DNA of 63,194 bases, the filler included, from Octopus bimaculoides (taxonomy: Eukaryota): the NCBI RefSeq assembly GCF_001194135.2. It is 7 parts of 6 records of this genome, joined end to end, with 100 filler letters (N's around TTAATTAATTAA, not from the genome) between each part and the next. Parts side by side here need not be neighbours in the genome. Positions count along the whole stretch, not along the records: positions 9,428 to 21,921 come from NC_068984.1; positions 22,022 to 46,928 come from NC_068993.1; 5 more parts are not named here. One strand, written 5' to 3'. The notes under the pieces were generated by a model. The model searched no databases and was not told the origin of the DNA. It was given only the letters and a program-made list of their open reading frames with translations. Positions 12,438-26,020 of this stretch are shown here, in pieces. Numbering within the stretch: position 1 is the first letter of the stretch; the number at the start of each line of letters is the position of its first letter. The position numbers and the translations under genes are program-made.

Positions 12438-12702
12438 GTTTTTCACCCTGGAATGAGATAGAAGTTGTTTCCTGTTTGTTTGCAGTCTTTATAATAATCC
12501 CTAGCGAAGTGAGGTTTGGCTTTGTTACCCAAATGAGTGAATTAGGTTGTATAGAAAGGTAGATCCAACAACTGTTGTAGCAACATTATAGTCAGCTGTT
12601 ACAACACATGGCACACTTGCTCCAAAAAGACAATGCTACACACACACACACACACTTGACAAGTATTTGGTGGTGCAATAAAAACATGCACTTGAAAACA
12701 AT

Positions 12703-13000
12703 AATTGTTTTTAAAATAAGTTGAAGGCTAGAAATTTGGCAGAAGAAGAATAATTGATGACATTTATCTCAACCCCTGACTAACACTCTCCAATTAGAGA
12801 GCACAGTGAGATGAGAGAGAGTGAGAGAGAGTCCAGAAAAAGAGAGAGAATGCATCATGAGGGGGAGAGAGAGAGAATGCCTCATAACAGAGAGAAAGTA
12901 TGTTGTGTGAGAGTGTGAGAGAGAGAGTGTGTGGTGAGAGAGAGAGAGATTATGGTGTGAGAGGAAGTCTATGGTGTTCGACAAAAGAGAGAGAGAAAGA

Positions 13001-13047
<47 letters not shown>

Positions 13048-13458
13048 ACAGAAGACAGAAGAGAAAAGTGGAGTTAAAAAGAAGTGGAGGGTACATTAGA
13101 TAAGGTGTATACCCCTAAAAATGCGGATAGACATGACTAGAAAGTTTAAGGCTACAAAATAACCGCCATCACCTCAAATTAAACCTTATTATTGTTTTCA
13201 AAATAGGTTGAAGGCTAGAATTTTGGAGAAGAAGAAGAATTGATAACGTTTCTCTCAACCCCTGAGTAACACACTCCAATTAGAGAGCACAGTGAGATGA
13301 GAGAGAGTCCAGAAAAAGAGAGAGAATGCATCATGAGGGGGAGAGAAAAAAAATTCCTCATAACAGAGATAAAGTATGTTGTGTGAGAGTGTGACAGGAG
13401 AGAGTGTGTGGTGTGAGAGAAAGACTATGGTGTGAGACAAAAGAAGAGAGAGAAAGAG

Positions 13459-13493
<35 letters not shown>

Positions 13494-13640
13494 CAGAAGA
13501 CAGAGGAGAGAGGAGAGAAAAGGGGAGTTAAAAAGAAGTGGAGGGTGCATTAAATAAGGTGTATACCCCTAAAAATGCAGATAGACATGACTAGAAAGTT
13601 TAAGGCCACACGATAAGCGCCACCACCTCACACTAAACAC
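12703..13640. repeat. Tandem duplication, about 2 x 480 bp, each with GA/GT microsatellites
   Basis: gttgaaggctagaa...acatgactagaaagtttaagg occurs at about 12718-13150 and 13207-13605. Confidence 0.9.
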
Positions 13641-14214
13641 TAAGAGAGCAGCATTTGACAAATCATAAACAGCAGCAATAGTATTTGGGTCAAATAGGTG
13701 TGGTACCTACTTACTATGCCACACATACACAACATACCTGGGATGGATGATCAGGTGAAGAGGTGTGTGTGTGTGAGTATTTCAGGAATGGCATTTAAAA
13801 GGTAAGTAGAGTAGAGGGTGGGGAGTGACTGAAACTAGTTGTAACTGGACTAGATAGGTAGGTAAAGGTGGTTGATTGAGGTCAAACAGGGTGGAAAAGG
13901 GGTAGGGATGAATTTTAATGGCATCTCAGGGAGAATATTATATTAACAGGTTTCTTGCATGTGTTTCCAGTGTGTGTGTGTGTGTGTGGTTGTTTGCAGG
14001 CATAGATCTGGAAATGTGAGAAGGCATTATGTGTCGGTGTGCTTGCATGCTCATCTTGCATTGAAAACACTTTGAACATCCTGATGAAAAACATCATTGC
14101 CAAAACAAACACGTGATGAAACATTTTTGGATGGATTTGAAACACTGCTTTTCCTTTATTAGATTTATCTGATTTGATTGATGTACAAATATGATTATTA
14201 TTATTATTATTATT

Positions 14215-14550
14215 ACTACTACCTCTGCTTTACTGAAGGCGAAGGTATTGTTTTCAGTTGTGTTTGTTTGTTTGTCTGTGGACAAGATATCTCAAGAACC
14301 GCTGGATGGATTCAGATGAAACTTTCAGGGATGTTTGACCTCATGACTGGCACAAGCTGATTAGATTTTGGGATCAATTGGATGTTGGATTATTTTTCCG
14401 TTTTTTAAAAATTAATTTTTGAGAGCGGTTGGGTTCATTTTTAGTATTTTTTGTTTGTGAGAGCGGTCGAGTTTATTTCAGATATTCTCATTTAAAAAAT
14501 CATCTCTGGCTAATCATTGAGAGGACGTTGGTGTTACCTTGGCAGAGGTT
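14215..14550 (+). mobile_element. Non-autonomous Helentron-associated (HINE/DINE-like) element
   Basis: 5' tacctctgc...gaaggtattgttttc, (GTTT)n, caagatatctcaagaaccgctggatggattcagatgaaactt; 3' subterminal ccttggcagagg complementary to the 5' cctctgc. Confidence 0.55.
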
Positions 14551-14555
14551 TCCAG

Positions 14556-14690
14556 AGGTGGTGAGCTGGCATAATTGTTAGCAAGTTGGGCAAAGTGCTA
14601 AATGGCATTTTGTCTGTCTTCACAGCCCGAGTTCAAATTCTGTGAAGGTCAACTTCGCCATTCATCCTTGATAAAATAAGTGCCTGTTGA
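14556..14690 (+). mobile_element. SINE family B, degenerate
   Basis: gaggtggtgagctggcataattgttagc...gagttcaaattctgtgaaggtcaacttcgccattcatcc. Confidence 0.75.
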
Positions 14691-14939
14691 TGTAAGTGAC
14701 CAGCTCCCACCCTTCATCATCATCATCCAGTGTTTTAAATCTGAGTTTTGTCCCCGTTAACGGGGGGTGGCCGGATCTACCTGAATGCCATAGCAACTGA
14801 GGTAGGCAGGAGCAGCCCACCCCAACCTTTAGGCTGGTTGGTGCCCATTCTCCTTTGCTATCATGAGGTTCTTTTGGAGCTGGATTTTCTACAGGGAGCA
14901 TGCCCTTGCTTACCCCCAACCTCAGTTTCTAGCCTCTTT

Positions 14940-15110
14940 CCACAATACTTAACACCCAAGTATCAACCTCAAGATCCTCACTGTCCCCAATAAAGCAGTT
15001 TTCTGAGCATGTTCTACCCTCAAGTCAATCCCAGTTTCTCCAAAAATTTCTTAAACCTGGTTGTTACTGCTCCAGGATCCCCAACAACTACTGGGATGAC
15101 AGTAACCTTC
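14940..15110 (-). mobile_element. C-terminal remnant of a restriction-like-endonuclease (RLE) LINE
   Basis: Minus strand VTVIPVVVGDPGAVTTRFKKFLEKLGL resembles the VPVVIGALG motif region of R4/NeSL-type LINEs (recalled). Confidence 0.5.
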
Positions 15111-16526
15111 TTCGTTCTTCTTCTCCTCCTCCTCCTTTTCATTCTTCTTCTTCGTCTTCTTCTTCGTTCTTCTTCTTCTTCTGCTTCTTCTTCGTTCATT
15201 CTTCTTCTTCGTTCGTTCGTTCTTCTTTATTATTATTATTATTATTATTATTACAATCATCACAATGGCAAAGATGTGCCTCAAATTACACCTCAGTGAC
15301 TTACAAATAAAATAAAAACAAAAATGTCAACAAAAAAATTATGTAGAAATAAAAAAAAATAACAGTTGTAGATATTCCTAAAAAGAAAAAAAAAATAGTC
15401 ATAGGTGGAATGTCTTTGATCATAGGTTTACTGGGTCAGGGGCTGACCTGGGGTTAAACAATAACATATGATGGGAAATAGGTATGTGTGTGCTGTTAGA
15501 ATTCAGTCTTGTCCGTTAACAATAAACTGATTCATAACAACTACAATTAATAAAGCAAACATCGTTGTTATAATTATTATTATTATCATTCTTCTTCTTA
15601 TTTTTATTGTTATTCAGTAGCAATCATCATCATCATCATCATTCTACAGTGTACTCCAGATATAAAAAAAAACATTATTATAGCCACAATAACCATTATC
15701 AGTTCCAATGTCTACCTGCCGTATAAAAATATTTTTTCTTCTCTGGACACACAGACAGAATTAAAGAAATTAAATAATTTTACACAGAGAAATAAAATTA
15801 CTGAGGAATCTGTCTATTGTTAACTTCCACCACCACCACCACAACTACCGCCTCCGCCACTGCATCTGACTCCCCCACTGCTGTCGCAAAATGAGAAGCA
15901 GCAACACCATCACCACTACCATCATCATAACACACACTACTACCATTACTACTTCCAATACTACAACAAATTTCACCACTACTAGTATTTCAGCTACCAC
16001 CACAGCAGGAAAACAACAGCCTCTGTCACCACCATGACAACCCCNNNNNNNNNNNNNNNNNNNNNNNNNNNNNNNNNNNNNNNNNNNNNNNNNNNNNNNN
16101 NNNNNNNNNNNNNNNNNNNNNNNNNNNNNNNNNNNNNNNNNNNNNNNNNNNNNNNNNNNNNNNNNNNNNNNNNNNNNNNNNNNNNNNNNNNNNNNNNNNN
16201 NNNNNNNNNNNNNNNNNNNNNNNNNNNNNNNNNNNNNNNNNNNNNNNNNNNNNNNNNNNNNNNNNNNNNNNNNNNNNNNNNACCACCACCACCACCACCG
16301 TATAACCACCATTATTACCATCAGTGTTCAATCAAATGTACGTATTATTACTACTTATATAAAACAGGTTAAACTTTTTTTTACCTGTCTAGAAACTTAT
16401 TCAAACCTTCAGACATGTGAAACACTTCGCAGTCACCATCAAACCCCTGACCCTGGCTACGTCCAGAACCCTGTCTTTCCAACACTAAATGTTTGCTGTT
16501 GTTTATTCTTTACTTATGCTAACATT

Positions 16527-16637
16527 GTGAAGGTGCAATGGCCCAGTGGTTAGAGCAGCGAACTTGTGGTCATAGGATCGCGGTTTCGATTCCCAGACAG
16601 GGCGTTGTGAGTGTTTATTGAGCGAAAACACCTAAAG
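16527..16637 (+). mobile_element. tRNA-like SINE head (third family)
   Basis: A-box tggcccagtggttagagc and B-box ggtttcgattccc, followed by non-tRNA sequence. Confidence 0.65.
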
Positions 16638-17040
16638 CATGGGTTGGACGATTTGACTGAGGACTGGTGGACCAGGTGGCTACACCAGGCTCCAATCTGA
16701 TTTGGCAGTGTTTCTACAGCTGGATGCCCTTCCTAACGCCAACCACTCCGAGAGTGTAGTGGGTGCTTTTACATGCCACCGGCACGAAGGCCAGTCACGA
16801 GGTACTGGCAACGGCCACACTCGAAATGGTGTATTTTACGTGTTACCTGCACGGGAGCCAGTCCAGCGGTACTGGCAACGATCTTGCTTGAATGGCTTTT
16901 CACGTGCCACTGGCACAAGTGCCAGGAAGGCGATGTTGGTAACGATCATGCTCAAATGGTGCTATTTAAATGCTACTGGCACGGAAGCCAGGCAGCTGGT
17001 GCTCTGGCAACGATCACGCTCGGACGGTGCTCTTAGGAGG
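16637..17040 (-). mobile_element. RTE 3'UTR fragment with hairpin-unit array
   Basis: gcatgggttggacgatttgactgagg...ctggatgcccttcctaacgccaacc followed by repeated gtgccacc.gcac units. Confidence 0.85.
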
Positions 17041-17464
17041 TATGTATGTGTATATGCATGTTTGTATGTAATAAATTGCATGTGATAAAAACACTGTGCA
17101 TGTGGCAATCACTTATAATCATGATGTTGTCCATCAGTATCCAAGCATGTTCTTCCTTTCATGTGTGCATGATCAGAAAATCTCGCATTGGCAGTTCAGG
17201 TAGATGTCAGGGTGAAGAGAGTTATTTAGTATAGTTCTTTTCTCCATCAGGCATAACTTGCACCCCTTACTATTATTGAAGCAAGGCTTACACCCCTCCA
17301 ACTCTCAATGGTGCTTTCCTTCAATGACCATATATGCTTGGCTAGGGCTGTAACATTTTGCATCTTCTGGATAATAAAAGGGTACTTGTGGTTGTTAAGC
17401 CTGGGCCTTACGGAACTGTCTGTTATGCTCAGAAACATTACCTTGCTTGGAAACAGGTGAGCAA

Positions 17465-17640
17465 ATGGGCTATGTTGATTTGTGGTAAAAAAATGTTGAT
17501 TCCCAATCGCATAATTATGGGTTCAGTCCCACTTTACAACACCTTGGGCAAGCAATTTCTACTATAGCCCCAGGCAAAGCCTCGTGAGTTGGTTTGAGAA
17601 GCAGAAACTGAAAGAAGCTTATTGTGTGCATGTATACATG
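17465..17640 (+). mobile_element. SINE family A, degenerate 5' half
   Basis: gggttcagtcccact...accttgggcaag...actatagcc...gaaactgaaagaagc. Confidence 0.7.
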
Positions 17641-17930
17641 TATGCACAAACACACATATACAGCTACATAAAGCCATCTCAGACATTCAAATCTCCTAGT
17701 GAAAATCATACAAGTACACACTCACACACACATATATTTATACCTGCAATTCTGTTTAATCAGATGGAAAGAATGTGCCAGATGAACCTTTTACAGGCTC
17801 CGTAAGGTTTTTGAGGGGTAGAAAGGTATCCTCAAGCTGAAAACCTAGCTTGAATGCTTGCAATAGATTAGACCCATCAAAAGGAGTTAAGGACCAGGTA
17901 GTAGTGTTAAAGAGGGAGATGGCAACAGTC

Positions 17931-18078
17931 ATCATCATCATCATCATCGTTTAACGTCCGCTTTCCATGCTAGCATGGGTTGGACGATTTGACTGAGGAC
18001 TGGTGAAACCAGATGGCAACACCAGGCTCCAATCTGATTTGGCAGAGTTTCTACAGCTGGATGCCCTTCCTAATGCCA
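17931..18078 (-). mobile_element. RTE 3' tail
   Basis: (cat)n-cgtttaacgtccgctttccatgctagc...gatgcccttcctaatgccaac. Confidence 0.85.
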
Positions 18079-18864
18079 ACTGCCCTTCCTCTACCATCCA
18101 AATATGCTACAGCTGGATTTGAGCTCAGAATGCATATGGCTAAAGTAGTTCAGGTAGGCATCATGTCCAATGCCATAATGATTGTACTAGTCCACTATAC
18201 AGGTACTCAATTCAGCTCCAGAGAAATAAAAGGACAAGTTGATCTTAAGAGCCAAAATAAAAACCTCAAAACATTATAAAGAATGCAAATTTAATACACG
18301 AAACTCAGTTTAAATTTAGAAAATGGTTTCTGTTTTGAGATTAAACAACCACAACCTGTTCTATGTATAGACAATGTAGCGAAGTTAGAAAGAGGACTTG
18401 AAGTTAAAACAATGGCAAAAAACACCAAAATATAAAACAGCTGTAACTGAAACATGCAATGAAGCTTATGTAATTTACTAGTTAATACCTAACTATTAAT
18501 TAACTATTGAACTGTGGTACAAAAGAATTACAATTAGAACAGCACTGAGAGGCAGCTATCAAGAGGGAGAGAGTGAGAGAGAGAGGAAGGGAGGAAGGCT
18601 GTGTGTGTGTGAAGGGGTACGTACATGTGTGCATACAAATCTATAAACAAAAAAAACTCAACTTGCCAATGAGTGTTACCGTCTGCCGTGTGTGTTTTTT
18701 TCTTCTTAGTTTTCATATTCATACTAACACATACACACATTTATAGCAATTAGTATATACTACCCTTTCTTTCCACAGTTAATGTCTCTTGCCTGTCATA
18801 AATGATTATACACACTGTAAGAATATATATATAATGTACAGACATATGTATAACATGCATATAC

Positions 18865-18930
<66 letters not shown>

Positions 18931-20649
18931 GTTTAACTCATATTAACCCACTGTCTTTGTTCAAGGACAGTTGTATTTGGTTTATTTAAAGTAAAAAGGG
19001 TTAACTGGATGCAAAAATAGTGCTTATTGTATTTGGTTTATTTGCTGTAAAAAAAGGTCAACTGGATGCTTCTGTATGTTTGTTGTCCCTATTTGTATAA
19101 CTATCTTCAAAATTTTGACAGAAATCCCAAAATTAAAAACCTGGGTTAAAATGGGTTAATGTCCATGTTTCATGGATGGTTTGTTAGGATCCAATAGCTC
19201 CATGAACTGCATCATGCTTCACTGTGCACTAGGGCATGGTTTCTCCAGCTGGATGCCCTTCCTGATGCCAACCACTCAAGAGTTTTTTTGTGGCACCAAT
19301 ACTAATGTGGTCACCATGCAACTTGCAAGACTAAGATCCCCTTCAACTGTGAGGGGCTACAATAGAGGGGATGGCAACTATTTTGCTTTGGAAAATGGGT
19401 TATGGTATAAGAGAAGAGGCTGAAACAGAACAGAGGGACTACATGGCAATTTACATTATAGAAGAGAGGGTGGGAGTGACCAGGGTGTAGTTGGAGACAG
19501 AACAGCAGTAATAAGGTATCAGGGTGGCCCTCAAGAGACAAGTTAAGTAAAAGTGAGTGAGTAGAGATTACAACAGAGTATGGGAGAGTTAAAGATGGTG
19601 AATGAGTGAAGGGGTTAATACAGTGAAGAAGATGTATTGTCAGAAAATATATAGGGAAGAGTAGGTGACAACTGTAGAGACTGTAGGGTCAAGGAATGGA
19701 TGTAGGAAATGACGGATGACAGGTGTAGCCAATGATATGTATGAGTTGGTTTGAAGGAGGGGGAGAAGAGATGGCTGAGGATGCAAAAAATAATTACAGA
19801 CAGATACAGGTCAGTGGACACATAGAAAGGTGTGCGAGGAATCTTAATCCTAATTTCCTAATTTTTCCCTTCTATCAATGTTCATAGAACACCTCAACAC
19901 AACAAAGAATGAATAAAGAGGCAACTTTCATTAATAAATATCTTCCTCAACTAAATATGAACACATAACATAATACAGAACACTACTAATCTTCCATTTA
20001 ATACCACTAACCTCCATGCATCCCATACACCATTCACATTACAGATCTAGATCTATCCTAATTGCACCAAATCCAGAACTACTTACCTCCCTTACACATA
20101 ATCTTTTTACTCAGGGACTAATAGACCTGACACCGTTCAGTATTCGGTGTGCATTCAAAGCAATGATTAGTAACATTACGAAACCGGTATGCTTTTGAAT
20201 CTCTTTAACAACTCACAATAATGNNNNNNNNNNNNNNNNNNNNNNNNNNNNNNNNNNNNNNNNNNNNNNNNNNNNNNNNNNNNNNNNNNNNNNNNNNNNN
20301 NNNNNNNNNNNNNNNNNNNNNNNNNNNNNNNNNNNNNNNNNNNNNNNNNNNNNNNNNNNNNNNNNNNNNNNNNNNNNNNNNNNNNNNNNNNNNNNNNNNN
20401 NNNNNNNNNNNNNNNNNNNNNNNNNNNNNNNNNNNNNNNNNNNNNNNNNNNNNNNNNNNNNNNNNNNNNNNNNNNNNNNNNNNNNNNNNNNNNNNNNNNN
20501 NNNNNNNNNNNNNNNNNNNNNNNNNNNNNNNNNNNNNNNNNNNNNNNNNNNNNNNNNNNNNNNNNNNNNNNNNNNNNNNNNNNNNNNNNNNNNNNNNNNN
20601 NNNNNNNNNNNNNNNNNNNNNNNNNNNNNNNNNNNNNNNNNNNNNNNNN

Positions 20650-20684
<35 letters not shown>

Positions 20685-20686
<2 letters not shown>

Positions 20687-20836
20687 CGGGCTTCTTTCAG
20701 TTTCCATCTACAAATCCACTCACAAGGCTTTGGTTGACCTGAGGCTATAGCAGAAAACACTCGCCCAAGGTGTCACACAGTGGGACTGAACCTGGAACCA
20801 TGTAGCTGGGAAGCATGCTTCTTACCACACAGCCAC
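20685..20836 (-). mobile_element. SINE family A, 5' half
   Basis: Reverse complement of the head seen at 47187. Confidence 0.85.
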
Positions 20837-21289
20837 AACTAGCTTTACATATCTCCTGAGGAGCAATTTAAGACTGAACAGAAATACTTTTACACCAAGA
20901 GAAGGTGCTGTTACAGAGAATTTGTATGTCACAAAAAGCCTGTATCTGGTGGAATTTAAACAATGTTTTCTGGCTGATCTTATCTTGGTCTCAGTTTAAA
21001 GAAAAATTTTAAACTTCTCCAGAGTCCGAAGTAGGATAAAATGCAGTGCATTTCAGATTGCTTGGTGATAGGAAAAGTATCCAATTACAGAGGAGAAATA
21101 CCAAAATGATGACGTACATGAGGACAGAATTTTCTGGCAGGGTATCTGTGGTCTGTAAAGCAGATGTATTTCAGCTTTAAATTAGCACTGCATGATATAA
21201 GCTCCATTTTCTAAGCAGTGGCAAAACAGTAAACATGTAAAATTGCTTTGACTTGCAAGTTATTCGGCAACCTCACTGCGGTGCCATGT

Positions 21290-21520
21290 AGTGAAGCACC
21301 TGTGCCGGTGTCATGAATAAAGCACAAGTGCCAGTGCTGTGTAAAAAGCACTTTGTACACTCTGTGAAGTGGTTGACATTAAGAAGGGCATCCAGAAATA
21401 GAAACCATGTCAAAACAGACGACTCATGTCTGGTGCGGTTCTTCAGTTTGCCAGCTTTTGTCAAACTGTCCAACCCATGCCAGCATGGAAATCGGACGCT
21501 AGATGATGATGATGATGATA
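21290..21520 (+). mobile_element. RTE 3' tail
   Basis: aagaagggcatccag...aacccatgccagcatggaaatcggacgctagatgatgatg. Confidence 0.8.
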
Positions 21521-21853
21521 CACCGAATTAAAAATCCTTCAGCAGGTGTAATTAAAAAAGAATATATATGATCAGTTAGTAGGTATTTCCTATCATGGAT
21601 GAAAAATTACAAGTGAATAACAAGCAACCAGAGCATTGTTTAAAAATAAGATCTGCTCATAAGAAAGGCCATTGAGTCAAAAACAGCTAACCAGTTTTTC
21701 TGTGCTTAGGAAGACCCTTAGACAGCATCTTCTTCCCACACTGGAGGAGCATATATATTTTTTAACTTGTACTTGTTTCAGTCACTAGACTGCAGCCATG
21801 CTGGGGAACTGCCTTGAATTTTAGTCAAACGAATTGACCCCAGTATCTATCTA

Positions 21854-21901
<48 letters not shown>

Positions 21902-22021
21902 GGTGCTTACATACTTTAACCNNNNNNNNNNNNNNNNNNNNNNNNNNNNNNNNNNNNNNNNNNNNTTAATTAATTAANNNNNNNNNNNNNNNNNNNNNNN
22001 NNNNNNNNNNNNNNNNNNNNN

Positions 22022-22089
<68 letters not shown>

Positions 22090-23033
22090 TATTATCGAGT
22101 TAGAAAACAGAGTTCAATTCAATAATAATAATAATCATGAATGTAATATATTCTTATATACATATACGTGAGCAGATACACACACACATGCACTTACAAA
22201 CATGAGTATAACTTATTTCACTTTTACTTTCTTTTATTCATTATATTACTTTACTCGTATATAATATAACCCATCATTCATGATGATTATCATTATTATT
22301 GTTGAATCGAAATAAAAGGAATAACTTTAACGCATACATACACAGCCATGTATACATACACAAAAAATAAACATGTCTTTATATTCTGAGAATTCCAAGC
22401 ATATCCTAATGTAATCCTTATTGTCCTTTGTTCACCTTGATGATTTTCCATACTAGGTATTTAAAATGCAAATTTATATACTTATATTTATTTATATGTA
22501 TTTTGTAAAAGGTACAACTCTGTAGTTATGCCGGTCAGGGAGGAATTTAAGTGCCTTCCAAAGTCGGTGGGGTACAACTCTGTAGTTATGCCCATACATC
22601 AAGGTATATTTGTAAAAAATTTCACGAAAAAATATTCATTTTCCTGGAAGTTAAGAGGAATTTAAGTGGACTCTGTTGGAATTTCCGAAACTTGTCCCCC
22701 ACCCCCATTCCAAAACACTTTTCTTGACCATATTATACTGACGAGTAGAGGTTGTATAATACTACAATAACTACGAAATCATGATCTATAATTTAGTCCG
22801 TTTTTAAGGGGTTGGGTTTGAGAGTTGCATTTCCTCGCGTTCGGTAAAAATGTGTTTTTTATGGTAGTCTGACCTTAGAGTCCCTCATAGCATGAGGCAT
22901 TATTGTATAGCAATGCCCTTATATAAATAAATATATATTTTGGGAATAAATAATGGATTTTTTTCCTCTTATGATGTTTTTTTCACGCTAGCTACTTGAT
23001 AAACTCTTGTAAAAGAATTCATCCTATTATTGA

Positions 23034-23086
<53 letters not shown>

Positions 23087-23106
23087 TGCATATATACATA
23101 CATATA

Positions 23107-24210
23107 TATTGGGTCAGAGGGGAATGGGATATCTACCTGCATCAACTTGCTATAAAAGCAGGTAGTATATAGAACTCTTAGTGCAAGTTTTGAAACGTGC
23201 AGTTTGATCTTAAGTTATTTTTTCAAAGCTACAACGGAATTGACAAAGGAGCATATTCGACATATTTTGCTTTATGAGTTCAATAAAGGCAAAAATGCAA
23301 TGGAAAGTGTGAGAAATGTTAATGTCGTACATGGTGATTGGATAATAAGCATAAGCTAGGCTCAATGGTGGTTCCAAAAATTCCAAGCTGGAAACTACAG
23401 CCTAGAAGACAAGCCTCATCCTGAAAGATCTGTAGAGCTGTTGAAGAACTAGCAGAGAAGCTTGGATTTGGTTATTCAACCATTCATAGACACCTACATA
23501 CCATCAGAAAAGTCAGAAAACTGGGTCAATGGATTCCTGACAAACTTTCCGAGTCTAATCACATGCAAAGAGTTAATGTGTGCTTTTCTTTGCTGTCATG
23601 TCTCATGAATGAAGCTTTTGGAGTGACTTGTGACGAGAAATGGGTTCTCTATAAAAACGTCAAGCACCAAAGACAGTGGGTAGGGAAAGGAGAAACACCG
23701 GCACCCCAGGCAAAAGAAAGTTTTCACTCAAGTAAGGTGTTATCTATTTGGTGGGATATGAAAGGTTTAGTCCACTTTGATCTTTTAAATTCAAACCAAA
23801 TGATAACAAAGGAGATCTACTGTGAGCAGCTAAAGTCAGTGCGAGAAGAAAAACAACCATTTTTGGTTTCAAGATGAAAGGTGTTCTTCCACCAGAATTA
23901 TGCTTAGCCACATACAGCAAGGATGATATTCCAAAGGCTGGAGCAGTCTGAATGGGAAATGATGCCCCACCTACCATATTCGCCAGACATTGTCCCATCT
24001 GATTATCATTTATTCCATAGTCTTCAAAATCATTTGGATAGAAAAAATATGAATTCTGTTGATATTTTGTCATGGACAAGCGAATTTTGGAAAAGGGGCC
24101 TTGCAAGTCTACCAGAGAGCATTGTAGAAAATGAAGAAGAGTATATTTTAGATTTAAAAAGAACTTTAAGAAGTATAAAAAATCCGCATTATTTATGGGA
24201 TGACCCAATA
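23107..24210 (+). mobile_element. Near full-length decayed mariner (D,D34D type)
   Basis: ELTKEHIRHILLYEFNKG, WIPDKL, VTCDEKWVLYKN, YSPDIVPSDYHLFHSLQN. Right TIR ccgcattatttatgggatgacccaata+TA; left TIR remnant TA+tattgggtca. Stops and frameshifts present. Confidence 0.9.
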
Positions 24211-24849
24211 TATATACTAGCTCAAAAGTCGCCCTATTAGGTGGCTTTTCAGCAAGAATATAGCTTTTAATCTACTAACCTCGAATGGGAAGGTCTGCTA
24301 ACAGATCTCTGGCTTGTTTTCAAGAATTTTTTACAATTGTTTCCTCCAGAATCATCTCACACTGATGATGATATTTGTAGCAAAACATCGCCAAAAATTA
24401 TTGCTGGATTTCACAATTAATTTTGATTATCCCCAAAATTTATTTCCAAGTGATAAAAATTGTTATTGTACAAAAAAATTTTGTTGCAAAAAGTCATGTA
24501 AAAAATCGTCAAAAGCAATTAATTACAGTAATGAAAACTGAATCTAAAATATCAGGATGGCGAGTCCAGATTTGGCCCGGAATGTTTTTAATTTACTCAT
24601 GGAGTTGGCTTGGTTCCAAAATTGTATGATATGTTGGGCTATGGCCTCTATGAGTGAAGTTGAAAAAGTGTGACACACTGACAATTCTCTCTCTCTTTCT
24701 CTCCCTCTCTCTCTCTGTCACCCTCTCTCTCTCTTTCTCACGCATATACACACACACACACTCACTCCCACTCATAAACATGTTAATATGAAGTATATCA
24801 CATGCAATGTGATAGTTCTGTAATTAAAATGTTTAACCCTTATTTTCAG

Positions 24850-24999
24850 AATGTCCTAAGACAGTGACCATTTGCAACCAAAATGTAGTTTGTCCAAATA
24901 ATACAGTGTACAACAAGTGTCAAATACCTTTTCTGAAAAATGCCACACTTACATGCAATGACACTCTACAATGGGATCCTTCTTTTCAGTGTCCAAAAG
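24850..24999 (+). CDS. Membrane-protein gene exon A: Cys-rich ectodomain module 1
   Basis: ccctattttcag / gtaaat; 150 nt, phase 1-1, open: (E)CPKTVTICNQNVVCPNNTVYNKCQIPFLKNATLTCNDTLQWDPSFQCPK; sequons NNT, NAT, NDT. Confidence 0.85.
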
Positions 25000-25519
25000 G
25001 TAAATTAGAACATGTTGTTATATTTTTAAGTGTTTATTAAGAAATTACTGTAAAATTAGTGGTTGACAAGCTGAGAAATGTTTATTAGTTCATGTCCCCC
25101 GTCAGTGACACTGCACTTGCATGTGTAACTCTCAAATAGTTAAGCCCACCTTGCTGTAAGTAGGTACCACAGTATAGGATCAACTCATCACTGTAAGGCC
25201 TCAGACCATAAAACAACACAAGTGCTTCTTTAGCTTAATGAGCTGGGTTCAGTTCCTCATGAATTTATCAAGGAAATTGGAATAGAGTGCCCAGTAGAAC
25301 TGTTACAAAAGGTCTGCCTCCTTGGTATGGCTGGAATAATCAGGAAAGTATTAGACAACTGAAAACAATGGATAGCATGATAGTGTAGGCTGCAGGTAGC
25401 AAGCCTGCTACACATGCAAGGCTCCAGGAATTCCAACAAAAAGAAATAATAACAACAATAATAGAAATGGTTTCAAATTCTGGTACAAGAGCAGCAATTT
25501 CAGGGAGGGAATAACTGGT

Positions 25520-26020
25520 ACATATTTTATCAAAAGGATGACAGGCAAAGTTGACCCCAGCAGAATTTGAACTCAGAAAGGAAAAACACAAAATGCTACT
25601 GAGCATTTCACCTGACATCCTAACATTTCTGATTTCAAATTTTGGCACAAAGCCAGCAACTTTAGGCAGGGAGCGGATAAGTTGATTATATCAACCCCTG
25701 TATTCAACTGGTACTTATTTTATCAACTCCAAAAGGATGAAAAGCTAAGTCAGTCATGGTGGAATCTGAACCCAGAATGTGAAAATGGATGAAATACCAC
25801 TAAGCATTTTGCCTGGCATAATAATAATAATAATAATGATGATAATAATAATAATAATAATAATGATGATAATAATCCTTTCTGTTATAGGTACAAAGCC
25901 TGAAATTTTGGGTGGGAGGGGACTAGTCAATTACATCAACCCCAGTATTTCACTGGTACTTAATTTATCGACCCCAAAAATGATGAAAAGCAAAGTCGAC
26001 CTCAGTGGAATTTGAACTCA
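25520..26020 (-). mobile_element. Cluster of three SINE family B fragments
   Basis: caaaaggatga..ggcaaagttgacc / actggtactta.tttatc.acccc motifs at about 25530, 25700 and 25950. Confidence 0.8.

Noticed and set aside
16527-16610. tRNA-like sequences (also heads at 10.2, 47.2, 54.6 and 57.0 kb)
   Set aside because: They have A/B boxes but no complete cloverleaf and continue into SINE bodies.
16637-17040. Regularly spaced short repeats resembling a CRISPR array
   Set aside because: Eukaryotic context; spacers are homologous to each other and the array is the RTE 3'UTR.
24350-24540. Possible CUB-like exon (DICSKTSPKIIAG / FTINFDYPQNLFPSDKNCYC) upstream of exon A
   Set aside because: Needs at least one frameshift, has no suitable phase-1 donor, and similarity fades after the second Cys.
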